Shown: positions 1 to 12,645, counted from the first letter of the stretch. The stretch: DNA of 64,000 bases from Octopus vulgaris (GCA_951406725.2 OX597819.1:5332001-5396000); one strand, 5' to 3'. Translations and numbers: made by a program. Notes: generated from the sequence alone by a model not told the origin.

Positions 1-470
1 CCACATGCCCGAGGTGCGGGCGCGTCAGTGAAACTGTCGCGCACGTCTTCGTATACTGTGAGGAGTTGATAACCTCTGTCGAACAACTGATGTCGGATGT
101 AGAGAGAGTACGGCTCTCGACTGAGTCCATGACTAAGATCGTACCGCCTTCTTCCTCCAACAAGGAAAATAAGGCATCTTTTTTCTGCGTAGTAGCCATA
201 CTGAAAGAAACGGTATGAACGGCACGAGCGAAAGGGATTGGGACAGGTCCCTACATCTCCGGACACGGGTTGGTAAGAAAGATCCGTCTGGAGAAAAGGC
301 GCCTGTCGCAAAGTACGTTCGGAAAAAGATGGATGTTTGTAGTAAGGAAGCTGAGGATGAATGGGGACGTGCTAGCATGGCCGGTCAAGGCGAAAAGAAG
401 GGGGGAAAAAAAAGAAAGAAAAATCCAAAGGTGAAAAAACCGGCGTGTTAACAATAAAAAAACCCGGAAC
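1..470 (+). mobile_element. 3' remnant of a Tx1/L1-clade LINE ORF2
   Basis: The frame from nt 3 reads TCPRCGRVSETVAHVFVYC, a CX2CX7HX4C zinc knuckle typical of L1/Tx1 ORF2 C-termini. It continues to ILKETV*TAR (stop where W is expected) and FGKRWMFV, then an A-rich end. Confidence 0.7.
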
Positions 471-490
471 ATTATTTTATAAATGTTTAA

Positions 491-995
491 TCTTTATATA
501 TAAAAGAGAAGTTGTGTGCTGTCTGTCTCCTACGATTTAGATTCCTAACTACTCCCACATTTTGCGGTGCAGTTTAACCAAAAGCGGGTATCTTATAGTC
601 GTGATTCATATCGAGCCCTTCTGGGTATTAGCGCGTGTCTACGATGAGTCTACGATTAAAAAAAAAAATTTACCATAATTTTTTTTTCCATTTTAATGCA
701 TTTTTTTCGCTATTATATAAGGGAAGTAACTCTCTAAAAATGTCTACGATGAGTCAACGATTTAAAAAAAAATTTACCATCATTTTTTCCATTTTAATGC
801 ATTTTTTCGCTATTATATAAGGGAAGTAACTCTCTAAAAATGTCTACGATGAGTCAACGATTTAAAAAAAAAATTACCATCATTTTTTTTCCATTTTGAA
901 TGTTTCTTTTTGCTATCTTTTGGCTATAACTCTCTAAAAATGCTTATATAGTTATTTCCCTTACAAACCCGAGCAACGCCGGGCGATACTGCTAG
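491..995 (+). mobile_element. Non-autonomous Helitron (family H1) with internal ~100-bp tandem repeats
   Basis: 5' TC, 3' CTAG, inserted between A and T with no TSD. Subterminal hairpin CCCGAGCAACGCCGGG. Three tandem units at about 636-940. Several homologous copies in this window. Confidence 0.85.
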
Positions 996-1085
996 TTGTA
1001 TATAATTTTATTTCATCCTTTTATTCGATTTTCCCCCATTTCATTGCAACCCAAACCATTTGTAAGAATGTAAGTGTTCGTCTCT

Positions 1086-1810
1086 TGTAGTGTCCCTTCT
1101 ATGTATACCTTTATAGGTAAATAAAGAAATTCTTTCGTTTCAGACCTAGACACTGCCAGTTCCAGCGAAACACAACAGCAGCCACGTGGAGACTCACCGA
1201 CTTCGTCCAACAGCGTTCAGTGACCTTCATCTCCGTCGCCTCCATTTGTCCTAACGTCAACATCTCTCTACCTACTCGCCCAGGTTACAACACTGCACTG
1301 TTCGTGAACAACTTCACCAAGGATCAACAGTGAATATATAACCTGCGAGAACTCCTGTTCCAAGCGACCCAAGCAACAGCATCACAGCCACAACTCCACG
1401 TACGACACGTACCGCAACCGACTCTGCATCATCGCCGCAACTTCTTGATACAATATTTCAACTATCGTGTACAATTGACTACGAACGGGTGTTTATCATT
1501 CTTGTGTCTATGAATTTACTCCTCCCTTCGATGGATACAGACTCTTTCACTGTCTCTTCTTGTGCCATCCTTGTATGTTCTTGACGTGCATACGTCTATG
1601 CCTACATACACGCGCATACATCTTATTCTTATGACGGTCTGTCTATTATTCTGTATATATGACGCACACACAATAACACATGTTAACATATCGATAAATA
1701 TTCTCTTAAACAGCTCTACCCGATTATGTCTCTTATTTCCCTCTAGCACATATATGCATTGTTCTATTTATATTTATTGTATCGACCGTGTGATGTACTA
1801 AGGAGCCATT
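1086..1810 (+). mobile_element. LTR-like non-coding repeat relic
   Basis: Starts TGTAG. Nt 1130-1345 (GCCAGTTCCAGCGA...CTGTTCGTGAA...TCACCAAGG) is homologous to the minus strand of 4620-4870. The right boundary is approximate. Confidence 0.4.
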
Positions 1811-2074
1811 CTCATCACCTCACTTCGCATGGACGTCATAAATCGGAGACCGGTTCCAGCTCCTTGAAACTACCAAACAATTATAACGGGGGAAGGAGAT
1901 ACTCCACAGGTGTCATAAACCTTCCATTCCAATAATACATTTAAACTAATGTGAGAATTTTGTCAATCCTGCTGACATTCGTGCATATACACAACACATT
2001 GACCTTCTTGGTCTCTCATATCAAGAAAAAAATCGGAGTGGATAAACGATTGTAAAAAATATTTTAAACTAGTT

Positions 2075-2458
2075 ATTCTTTACTTGTTTCAGTCATTTGA
2101 CTGCGGCCATGTTGGAGCACCGCCTTTAGTCGAGCAAATCGACCCCGGGACTTATTCTTTGTAAGCCCAGTACTTATTCTATCGGTCTCTTTTGCCGAAC
2201 CGCTAAGTGACAGGGATGTAAACACACCAGCATCGGTTGTCAAGCAATGCTAGAGGGACAAACATATACACACACATACATGTATATATACATATATACG
2301 ACAGGCTTCTTTCAGTTTCCGTCTACCAAATCCACTCACAAGGCATTGGTCGGTCCGAGGCTATAGCAGAAGACACTTTCCCAAGATGCCACGCAGTGGG
2401 ACTGAACCCGGAACCATGTGTTTGGTAGGCAAGATACTTACCACACAGCCACTCCTGC
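2075..2458 (-). mobile_element. tRNA-derived SINE family B
   Basis: Head GGAGTGGCTGTGTGGTAAG...GGTTCAGTCCC (A and B boxes), internal TA/TG microsatellite, tail GCGGTGCTCCAGCATGGCCGCAGTCAAATGACTGAAACAAGTAAA. More than ten copies in the window. Confidence 0.9.
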
Positions 2459-3303
2459 TTGAAAGAATTTGAGTGGAGATGGTATAATGGTACATATAAG
2501 TGTGAGGTGGTCAAACAATTGAAAAGATTTGTATTGCTATTCGTGAAAAATACGTTCTGTAATAATTGATCCATTTCATGAGTTTTCTGTTCTATGATAC
2601 AAAATACTTGGTATTTTTTACTGTAGATTATGCATACGAACACGGTGGAAGTCGAACGTTTGCTTAATATTCGTCTTGAGCAATATCTTCTTTACTTCTT
2701 TAAAGCTATTCTGATTTAACAATCAGTCATGCAAGAACATTATTTTGGTTTTTGTAATTCATATTTACGAAACTGAAAGGAAAGCTTAAGGCCTACAGAA
2801 ATTTACTTGCGATGATTCGACCTGTGAGAAATATCAAACAAATACCCTCAATACCATATCCCATCGTCCTAAAAAATGAAAAGGAAGAACACAGTGTAAT
2901 AAAGTTCTACATACCTTCTGATGGGAAAACAGAAAAGAAAAAAATGTAATATATTAATTATGGCCAGAACAGTTTGATAATAGATACACTGACCTGGAGC
3001 TATACAGAACAAAATCCAACCTTGTATTGAATCATCTTTAGGTTATATGAAAGCTAGATTATATTACACCTTCACTTAAGTAAACATAAAATGGACGGCT
3101 GTTAATTAACAAATATCTTTAGCTTATGATGGATTTTGTTTTTAGTCAAGCTGGCTTTTGTTGACGTAAAAAAAAATAGCATACGATCTCAAACCAATGT
3201 CTTCGGTTTCAGATGAATTTAAACAACGAAAATATTCAATAATAAAACTAAATTGATGAGCTCTGAGACATACAGCTGTGTAGCTAATGCATTTTCCTTC
3301 GTC

Positions 3304-3670
3304 TAGTGGTTCCCAACCGTTTCACTCCAAGGACCCCTTTTATTTAAGTGAGTTTTTCCACAGACACCTTTTAATATGCTTATCCTTACATTGGACTCAA
3401 ACGCATCATCATAAATTTAGATTTTCTGTATAAAATTGTAAACGATATAAAATCTTTGACGATGCGTTTGAGTTTAAGAAATTGCAGTTTTAGTTCAACC
3501 AAATAAACGGGATAACACAGATTTGACATAACAGGTATTTAACTTCTAAAATGTCTTTAAAATATTGCAGATAAAGAAAAAGTCCTTTCAGAAATATCCC
3601 GATAATACTTATTAGTTAACCCTTCCTGGGTTTGTAAAGCTGTCTCCATGGATAAAGTACTGAATCACTA
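3304..3670. mobile_element. Decayed hAT (Charlie-like) MITE
   Basis: Left end TAGTGGTTCCCAACC...GGACCCC resembles the CAGTGGTT(C/T)CCAACC termini of Charlie-type elements. The right end is degenerate (...GAATCACTA). Confidence 0.45.
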
Positions 3671-4029
3671 ATTAAATCTTAGCACAGATCTCAAACTAGG
3701 AATTCAAACCCCAACCGCAAGAAATTCAGCCAGGCATCACGAGTGAGCCACCACAGTTTCACGTGATTGATCTATGAATCAACCAATTAGCGTGAAGCTG
3801 TGGTGTGATATGGCTCCTCGGATGATCTAAAATTTCCCCCTTTTCTCCTATAAAAGCCGTTTTGTGCCTAACCCGGCTAGACATCGGTAGATCACTATGA
3901 TCAAACGATTTCGAGATAGTTCTGTGAGTGCCCGAGATAGTCTATGAGACAGACTATCTCGGGCATTCACAGAAGGCAGACCGCCAAGACTAGACTATAT
4001 CGAGCAAGAAACGACTTCGGACACTTACG

Positions 4030-5148
4030 CACGATGTAACACAGCTAGTCTTCTACGAGACACATCGTAGTTCTCTCCTCGTAGTTGGCAGCTATACTAT
4101 TAGCATCTTTCTTTTGTAAACAGCCAACGCAGTAAATCATGTCCAACAGTAAATGTGTTAAAAGTTCGTGTGTTGGCTAAACCACACGACGATGGTCTTT
4201 TATAATACAACACATCAATTATCACGACTATAGTATATTACATATTTGTAGGGCGACCGAACGAAAGGAGATGGTGACGAATGTCTCCTTTAAACACCGC
4301 ACTGTCGCCTTACAATAAAGCCAAAATAAGTGCCAAAGGGAATAAGAAGACGACACAATCGTAATGTTTAGAGAGAAAAGGATTTCTGTGTGTTCGTGAC
4401 TGCGACATAAGTATGTGTGTGTGTATGTGTATGCGTTATAAGTATGTCCATAACAATACAGAGCATAGGAAGAGTGTCCAGACACAGTTCGTAGAAATGA
4501 ACGCAATAGCTGGTTCTGTAACAATGAAGTTGGGGTCACAAGGCAGATGCCGGTTGAACACATGTCGTGTAGCGGTTGTGGCTTCAATGCTGTGCCGGGT
4601 TACTTGGTACAGCAAAATCTTGCAGGCAGGTTAGCTGTAAACCTTGGTGAGTATTCACAAACAGCGTAAAGTTAAACCTAGGCGAATTGCGTGGAGACGG
4701 AGTTAAGGTGAAGTCGACGATGGTGGAGGTCCTGAAATGCTGTGGTGGTGTAGTCGCTGGAACATGGCTGAGTCGCTGGAACTGGCTGTGTCGCTGGAAC
4801 TGGCTATGTCGCTGGAACTGGCTGAGTCGCTCTGTGGTCAGAGGTTAGTCCTAAGAAGGACTAGAAACAAAGAAAATCGATTCAATGTAGCGCTGGGTTT
4901 TGTAACAATCTAGAGGCTCCAGAAGAAAAACGGGAAGACTGTGTCACGGGACCTTATCAGAAGGTTGTGATTGGTTGGTTTACACATTAGCGCGAAATAA
5001 AGCAAGAGTCAAAACTGCACCAAACCCAACCAATCAGAGCAGCGGACACAACTGGAGCCTAAGCAGCCGAAGGATGGCTGTTATCTGCCATGACGTTATT
5101 TGTATGATATCTCTCAAAGAGGGATAACGTATTTCACTTAGCGCTACA
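4030..5148 (-). mobile_element. LTR-like repeat with internal 20-bp tandem repeat
   Basis: The minus strand starts TGTAGCGCT at 5148 and an inverted copy of that 9-mer lies at 4886. CCAAT boxes near 4970 and 5030. TCGCTGGAACTGGCTG.. tandem at 4753-4830. Homologous to 1130-1345. The left boundary is approximate. Confidence 0.45.
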
Positions 5149-5597
5149 TATTACATTGTTACAAAGAATAACACCTGGATCCTTGAAATTAGGATCGGAA
5201 AGAATGAATGCTGAATTTAGTTTATATTGTGAATATTACAATGCTTTAAATATAAAACAAGATTTGGACAGCAATTTTAAATTGAAATGGATTTACACGT
5301 TGAATTAAAATTTTTGAAGATTTATTTTCATAGATCGCCAGTCATATTTTGACATAATTCGACATCGCCAGCTTATAATTTTAATGAAGATGATTTGAAT
5401 ACGGATGTCAGTATTGATATATGGAAGAAAACTGGACCCAAGAGAAGTACATCACTCAAAGCAACATCTATATAAAATATATCACATTATTCTCAATTTT
5501 CACTTGACAATGAAGTAGTAAAAGAAACCATGTTAATTGAGAAAAGTTTGTTTTGTGTCAAATGATATAAAATCTCGATATGTATATATATACATAC

Positions 5598-5806
5598 TTT
5601 TCTACTCTAGGCAGAAGGCCCGAAAATTTTTGGGGAGGGGGCCAGTCGATTAGATCGATGTCAGTACACAATTAGTACTTAATTTATCGACCCCGAAAGA
5701 ATGAAAGGCAAAGTCGATCTCGGCGGAATTTGAACTCAGAACATAAAGACAGACTAAATACCGCTAAGCATTTCGCCCGCTAACGTTCCCGCCAGCTCGC
5801 CACCTT
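5598..5806 (-). mobile_element. SINE family D (MetaSINE-like central domain)
   Basis: Head GGTGGCGAGCTGGC...GAGTTCAAATTCC, centre GCCTTTCAT(C/T)CTTTCGGGGTCGATAAATTAAGTAC. Further copies at 13215-13430(-), 52011-52225(+), 55864-56070(+), 58398-58624(-). Confidence 0.8.
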
Positions 5807-6202
5807 ATATATATATATATGGCAGTTTTGCCATGGGCTCTTAGGAGCCTAGTTCGATTTGTTTTGCTCCGCCTCTGTTCTGTTTTTGTTTTTTCCAACG
5901 GATTTCCTATTTCTTCCTGAAGAGAAAGACACAATATGGTCCCATTATTCAATCGGATTTTGGTAAATTGTGCCTTTCGAAACACGTGTAGAATGAAATA
6001 AAACGATTTCTGTTCAATCTTCGTTCAGCTCCATTTCTTCAATTCACTAATAATATTAAAATTCAATTATCCGCACCAACGCACGGTTGCAACACCATAT
6101 GGTTGTACCTCCAACCGTGCTGTTTACTGCTGTGATTTTTGCTACCAAGGTATCGGTTAAGCTTTTGATTAATCTGCTACAAGATTATTCATCTTTCTAT
6201 TT

Positions 6203-6253
<51 letters not shown>

Positions 6254-6260
6254 CCTCTAT

Positions 6261-6714
6261 AATCGCCTCTACTGAGCTAAAATCATTTTCTGCGTCTAAA
6301 ACAGAAAACATCCTAACCCTCACCCTCACCCTAACCCTAAATTTTAGCCTTTCGTTTTTTTTTCTTAATTGTTAAATTAATTTAAGGATAACAATTAAAA
6401 AAAAAAAAAACGAAAGGCTAAAACGAAAGCAATGGAAAATAATTTAAACAATTAACAAACAAAATAATTCTATAATTTTATACACACGCTTTCCGTACGT
6501 ATACATAACGAAAGGCTAAAACGAAAGCAAAAACTAAAAAAACAAAACAAAACGAATAATTTTAGACACACGCGTAACAATTAAATTAATTTAACAATTA
6601 AGAAAGAAAAAAACGAAAGGCTAAAATTTAGGGTTAGGGTTAGGGTTAGGGTTAGTGACAGGATGTTGTCTCAGTTTTAGACGCAGCAAATGATTTTAGC
6701 TCACTACAGGCATT
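6261..6714. mobile_element. Foldback/MITE-like element with ~125-bp inverted arms containing telomeric hexamers
   Basis: Left arm GAGCTAAAATCATTTTCTGCGTCTAAAAC...(CCCTMA)n AATTTTAGCCTTTCG is the reverse complement of the right arm CGAAAGGCTAAAATT(TAGGGT)n...GTTTTAGACGCAGCAAATGATTTTAGCTC. Confidence 0.8.
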
Positions 6715-6971
6715 GGTTAAAATTCGAAAAATTAAACTACGTTAAACAAACAAATTACAATTTTCTCAAGAAAGCCAAGAGAAAAAAATGTTTTATTTTG
6801 ACACATTCTACCAGTATACGAAGTTTTAAAGTGTTTAGTTAACCAGAAATTGTGTTGAAAAGTGCCGTTCAAAAGGAAAAGATTTCCCGCTGTAGACAAA
6901 TAAACAGGTGTGAATACACCAAGCCAACTCGCAGTGTTCTCTTACAAGACTGTTGAATGTAGGCATTTCGA

Positions 6972-7007
<36 letters not shown>

Positions 7008-7055
7008 AACACAGGAGGTGCAAGATGAGTGTTTTATAACTTACTAAAAAAAAAT

Positions 7056-7227
7056 AGGCGTAGGAGTGGCTGTGTGGTAAGTAGCTTGTTTACCAACCAC
7101 ATGGTTCCGAGTTCAGTCCCACTGCGTGTTATCTTGGGCAACTGTCTCCTACTATAGCTTCGGGCCGACCAAAGCCTTGTGAGTGGATTTGGTAGACGGA
7201 AACTGAAAGAAGCTCGTCGTATATATG

Positions 7228-7258
<31 letters not shown>

Positions 7259-7445
7259 TTGTGTGTCTGTGTTTGTCCCCCTGGCATTGCTTCACGGCCG
7301 ATGCTGGTGTATTTACGTCCCCGTAATTTGGCGGTTCGGCAAAAGAATAAGTCCTGGGGTCGATGTGCTCGACTAAAGGCGGTGCTCCAGCATGGCCGCA
7401 GTCAAATGACTGAAACAAGTAAAAGTGTAAAAGAGTAAAAAAGAG
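7056..7445 (+). mobile_element. tRNA-derived SINE family B
   Basis: Near-full-length copy from GGCGTAGGAGTGGCTGTG to a GTAAAA-repeat tail, with a small internal deletion. Confidence 0.9.
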
Positions 7446-8269
7446 TATATCATCTTGCTGAAATTTTGCCGAGATAGGCTTCCGATTGAGTGGGCTGCAA
7501 ATTACTAAGTTGATAAAATTAAGACAAATATACAAATGAGAAATTTGTTTTATTTAATTTGAAGTTAATAAGTATTTTTGTTTGAAAATTAGTATTCGTT
7601 CCATCATTTTGTATTAGCACCAAGAAATTTGATAGAAGTCCTATTATAAGTATTTCTTGACATTACCCGGGTGGCAAATGTTACCCGTCATATGACGTCA
7701 TTAAGTATCATTATCATCATCATTATTATTAGCGGTGGTGGTTATTAGTAGTGGTAGTAATTTAACCTTTAGTCCTAATCGACCTGACATTTTGCTCAAA
7801 AAATGTTCCAGCCATGACCATCCCATCTTACATTAATCTATATCTAAGACTACATTATCCAAAATGATCCCCTTTTTTGTAATATAATAGGGATGTGTCA
7901 TGAAGGAAATTTAGTTGCTTTTTCTAGCAGGACCACAGAAAGAAGCTCCATAATTGGCTTGAAGTAGTAATAATTCGAAAGCTAAAATTAAGAGTACATG
8001 TTGAATAAAATGAATAATATCAGCTATGATGGGGGCACAGGTTTAAATCGAATAAAAAATAAAATGTTGAGCAAAAAAGCCTAACTGCAGGTAATCAGGA
8101 ATTTCTAGACAATACACGTAACAAAAGTACAAATGATGACATTGAAAAGTAGTTTGTAATTATATATCACTTTCTTCAGCGACCTCACCAATCCAATACT
8201 TCTCATTAGAAGAGAGAGCAATTGGATTATAGCAAAATGAAAAGAACCGAGATACGCCTGGCAAATGTA

Positions 8270-8400
8270 TCAGTAATTGCCAGCACGTGACCGAACCGAT
8301 TTCGTGACTCGTCAGTCACGTTTTGATGTTTTGCCAAACGAACAGAGGGTGGTGGCCTCTTGTCTGTGAATTTCGACGTTATAATCTAGACCGAATTTTG
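8270..8400. promoter_or_regulatory. Candidate promoter element cluster
   Basis: Locally CpG-rich sequence with E-box CACGTGAC (8284), GTGACTCGTCA and GTCACG, about 0.8 kb upstream of a candidate 5' exon. Motif evidence only. Confidence 0.3.
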
Positions 8401-9120
8401 ATGTTATAAATATACAAACTAAACACATATCTTTGTAACTCATCTAGATACTTTCATTGCCCAGATGTTTCAATATTCAAAAGATGAAATATAATTGTAC
8501 TCCTATATATATATATATATAAATATATATATATATAAGATAAACGAACTAAAATATCCTCGAAATAGAGCGACAGCCGAATATTTTGTAAGCTGCGTGC
8601 ATATATGGATCTATGCACAACTAAATATATAACCGAGTTTATAGAGTGCTACTGTCCAAATTGCGTGTGTGTGTTTTTGTATGTGTATACGAATTTATAA
8701 GCCATGCATGTATGAGGTTGCGCGTCAATTTATAGAGTTCGGTGTCCATGTATGTATGCGCTTGTCCAGGTGTTCCAGGTTACATGAATTAAACATGCTT
8801 ATACCTCAACAGCTTGCTTGCAACATATAAGCTACTGCAATAAAAGCTGTACAGATAAAATAATAAGAATGTCAAAGGACAAGTAAATTAGAGATAACAA
8901 ATCGCCGAGGTTAGAACCTTTTAGTTTATTTTTTATTGAACATACACTTGCCACATACTCCTTATTAGTAAATAACAGCTTTACGTATTTGTGTAGCTTT
9001 CCTAATATTTTGGGCAGTATTGTTTGTTTAATAATATCTTTATCTTCTGAAGAAGATAAAAGATAATATTCTTTTTCTTATTCTTTGCTTCACCCACTCT
9101 TTCTCTCTCCCACGCATCAG

Positions 9121-9422
9121 TGCCAGTTCCCCTCCGTGTTTTCTAAATATAGCAGTTTCACTTCGTTCAGTTTATGATAGAGAATGACCGCGCCTCCAAG
9201 CTTTAAACTGATGGCTTCTCCTGGGTCTTCCACCAGCGCACATTGATAGTAAACGTAACGGCTGTTAAGTGGACAGGTGCGCCTAGACCCCACTCCATCA
9301 CCCACTCTTCTCTCCAGATCCTCCCCCACTAATACTTTCCTGTTATCTCGGTGAGGGCTCTAGTAACCTTCATCGTAGGAAAGATGTCTATGGATCTAAA
9401 CGGAATTAACTCTTATTGTAAG
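9121..9422 (+). other. Candidate 5' (probably non-coding) exon of the Kelch gene
   Basis: GC-richer unique block with a long pyrimidine tract ending CAG at 9120 and a strong donor AAG|GTACGT at 9422/9423. Linkage to the Kelch gene is inferred. Confidence 0.4.
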
Positions 9423-10793
9423 GTACGTCGTTGTATTTTTTTTCTTTCATATAATGAGCTTATTGCAATCAGATGGGAGATTTTAACTGCACTGTGTTAG
9501 TTTTTGTGAGGTGATGGTCTTCTGATATATTATGGAAGGCTATGAATACATCTTATACTTGATGGAGTATACAAGATTAATAAACCAGTAATTATTCTAT
9601 CTAGCTCAGTTTCTGGGAACTCTTCTGATCTGCTGCATTCGTACACATATGGGATCAGCTATTTTATTAATATGCTTTATAAAATATAAGTGGGAAATGT
9701 GAATTATGATTCGCGATTTAACTATTGCGTAACATTACATACACTTGCTATAAATAAAAAAAAAAGATATCTAGATGAAGACAATAATGTGAATCTACAG
9801 ACGAACTTAATACGCAGTCCTTAATAATTGAAAACCAGCCAGGTCACTTAGTAGTTTTTTCAGTGTTTTAGATTTGGTTCATAATTACTTTTGCATAAGA
9901 GGAAGTGTCGTTTTGGCTTTAATTTTCACCACACACATTCAGAATTCTGTTTGTGTGCGTGTGTGCATATTCACAGGTTTTTCTTTTTTTTTATTTCGTG
10001 TTTTGGATTTATGAAAAATCTCGTTATTCATCGTAATTGTTGCCTATTTTAGACTTTCATACGCAAATACACTTAGAGTGGATATTCGCATAAACAAGAC
10101 CATTGTTACATATTTTAACGCTTAAGTATTGTGCTTTTCACTACATATGTTCAAATCTTGCATTTACACAAATTGGTATATCAAAATTTAGAATAAATTT
10201 TCGAAGACAGATAATAATGCAGATATATTTGAACACATTCTGAACCCATGTGGTCGACGCAAAAAAAAAAAAAAAAATCATGGCTTCAAAAACTCTTTTG
10301 TAGCCATTCCTGCCTAAATGAGATATTCTTTCCACCTTACAATTGTTTACCTGTTGCCAACAACATACAAAGATCTGTATGTTTGTTACTTCGCGAATTT
10401 TAAACAATGTTGCGCTTGTTATTTAACCGCAGGTCTACTCTCCTTCATTAGGCCTACCATCAAAGATATTCTAGCATGATCACCCACCCGATCGTTGTGT
10501 AATGAAGTACTACATTTTCCAGTATATTATATTTTTTTAAGTAGTGTGTGTGTATAAATGCACATACTTATGTACGTAGTACATGTGTGTGTGTGTGTGT
10601 GTGAGTGTGTGTATATGAGAGACATTTAGTTGCTATTTCTGGCATATCAAACGCCTTTGTAGTGGCTCCTACGCCAGACTTCTAACAAGCATTGACCTAC
10701 ATGAACTACTGTAAACAAATCACCACTCTCTTTGTATAAATATATTTATTTTTGTGTGTATATATGCCGCGCATATATATATACATATATATA

Positions 10794-11151
10794 TCTCTAT
10801 ATATAAACGGCAGTTTGTCTGTGCGTTTTCTGTGTGTCTGTTTTCTCGTACCCTCACTCTGACCACGGCTTTCAACCGATTCTGATGAAACTTGACACAC
10901 TTATAGCCCAATGTCATAATTCAAAACTAACGCAGCGAAAATTTTGAAAAGTTCCCCCAGTTCTGAAAAAATCGATAAATTCGACATGGGGTCGAGAATC
11001 AGAAACCCAAACCACAGACCGTCTAGGGGACGCAACTCCACCTTTTTTAACTCTCAAAAAAATTTACCATCATTTTTTGGCTATAACTCTCTAAAAATGC
11101 TTTATAGTTATTTCCCTTACAAACCTGAGCAACGCCGGGCGATACTGCTAG
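10794..11151 (+). mobile_element. Non-autonomous Helitron, H1 3' end with a different 5' end
   Basis: A|TC start and ...GAGCAACGCCGGGCGATACTGCTAG|T end shared with 491-995. Confidence 0.8.
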
Positions 11152-11421
11152 TATATTATAATATAAATGTATGCTTGGTGAGCGTATAGTGTAAAGTCCG
11201 TTGAAACGATTTAAGGTATGCGAAGATACCCGTTTTACAGTACACGTATAAAATACACAGGATGACGTAAATGGTTGTTTTGATTATTAAAATAAAAACA
11301 AATTAACACAAAAGTAGAATGTACTTAGAAATTTGCATTAATAAAGCACGTAGAAAACGTTTATCGAGTTGATATGCATACATACATATACTTTGATCCA
11401 TGTATATAATATATATATATG

Positions 11422-11473
<52 letters not shown>

Positions 11474-11510
11474 GTGTTTCGTTTTCATTCGCATACACCA
11501 TTGATATATG

Positions 11511-11551
<41 letters not shown>

Positions 11552-11609
11552 GATGAATAATTTATACATTATATATAAATATGCATTACACACACACACA
11601 TATTATCAG

Positions 11610-11936
11610 CTTGGGCAAGTGCCTTCTGCTATAGCCTCGAGCCGATCAAAGCCTTGTGAGTAGATTTGGTTGATGGAGACTGAAAAAAGCCCGTCGTATA
11701 TATGTGTATGTATGTATATATTTGTGTGTCCGTGTTTGCTCCCCCCCCCCCACTGTCACTTGACAACCGATATTGGTGTGTTTACGTCCCCATAACTTAG
11801 CAGTTCGGCAAAAGAGACTGATAGAATAAGTACTAGGCTTACAAAGAATAAATCCTGGGGCCGATTTGTTCGACTAAAGGCGGTGCTCCAGCATGGCTGC
11901 AGTCAAATGACTGAAACAAGTAGAAGAACAAAAGAA
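11610..11936 (+). mobile_element. SINE family B, 5'-truncated
   Basis: Runs from CTTGGGCAAG to the tail ...TGACTGAAACAAGTAG. Confidence 0.85.
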
Positions 11937-12269
11937 TATCTCATTATCATCCAGTGTTTTAAATTCGGGTTTTGACCCCGTTAACGGGGGGTGGCTGGAT
12001 CTACCTCAATGCCATAGCAACTGAAGCAGGCAGGTGCAGCCCACCCCAACCTTTGGGTTGGCTGGTGCCCATTCTCCCTTGCTATCATGAGGCTTTTTTT
12101 TGGAGCTGGATTTTCTCTGGAGAGCATGCCCTTGCTAACCCCCAACATCAATTTCTAGACATGGGTGGTCCCTGAGACCAAGGCCTCTACCATGATTTTT
12201 AAGAAATGTGCTGGAAAACTAGCTCAGGAAGGCAGAGACGCTACTCCCTGAGACCCCTTTTGGAGCCTA

Positions 12270-12326
<57 letters not shown>

Positions 12327-12388
12327 ATAGAAATGGTAAGATAACAAAAGAAAGAAAGAGACCTCGATATTAGGTAAATAGAGGAATG

Positions 12389-12645
12389 TATCTGTAAATG
12401 TAATATGTGACAATTATTCGTAGCCATTATAAAACTCCAATTTTCGGATGTCGGGGTGGAAATCCATGCTGCCATCTCTTCAGTTATCTGGCCATCGGAA
12501 AAAATGCTATGAAAATGACCTTTTTGCATAGTATATTTTCCGATGGCCGGATAACTGAAGAGATGGCAGCATGGATTTCCACCCCGACATCCGAAAATTG
12601 GAGTTTTATAATGACTACCGAATAATTGTCACATATTACATTTAC

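Noticed and set aside
4753-4830. CRISPR-like repeat array
   Set aside because: Contiguous 20-bp tandem units without unique spacers, in eukaryotic DNA with no cas genes.
6628-6655. True telomere or chromosome fusion site
   Set aside because: Only about four hexamers, embedded symmetrically in inverted arms and facing outward. A fusion would give TTAGGG followed by CCCTAA.
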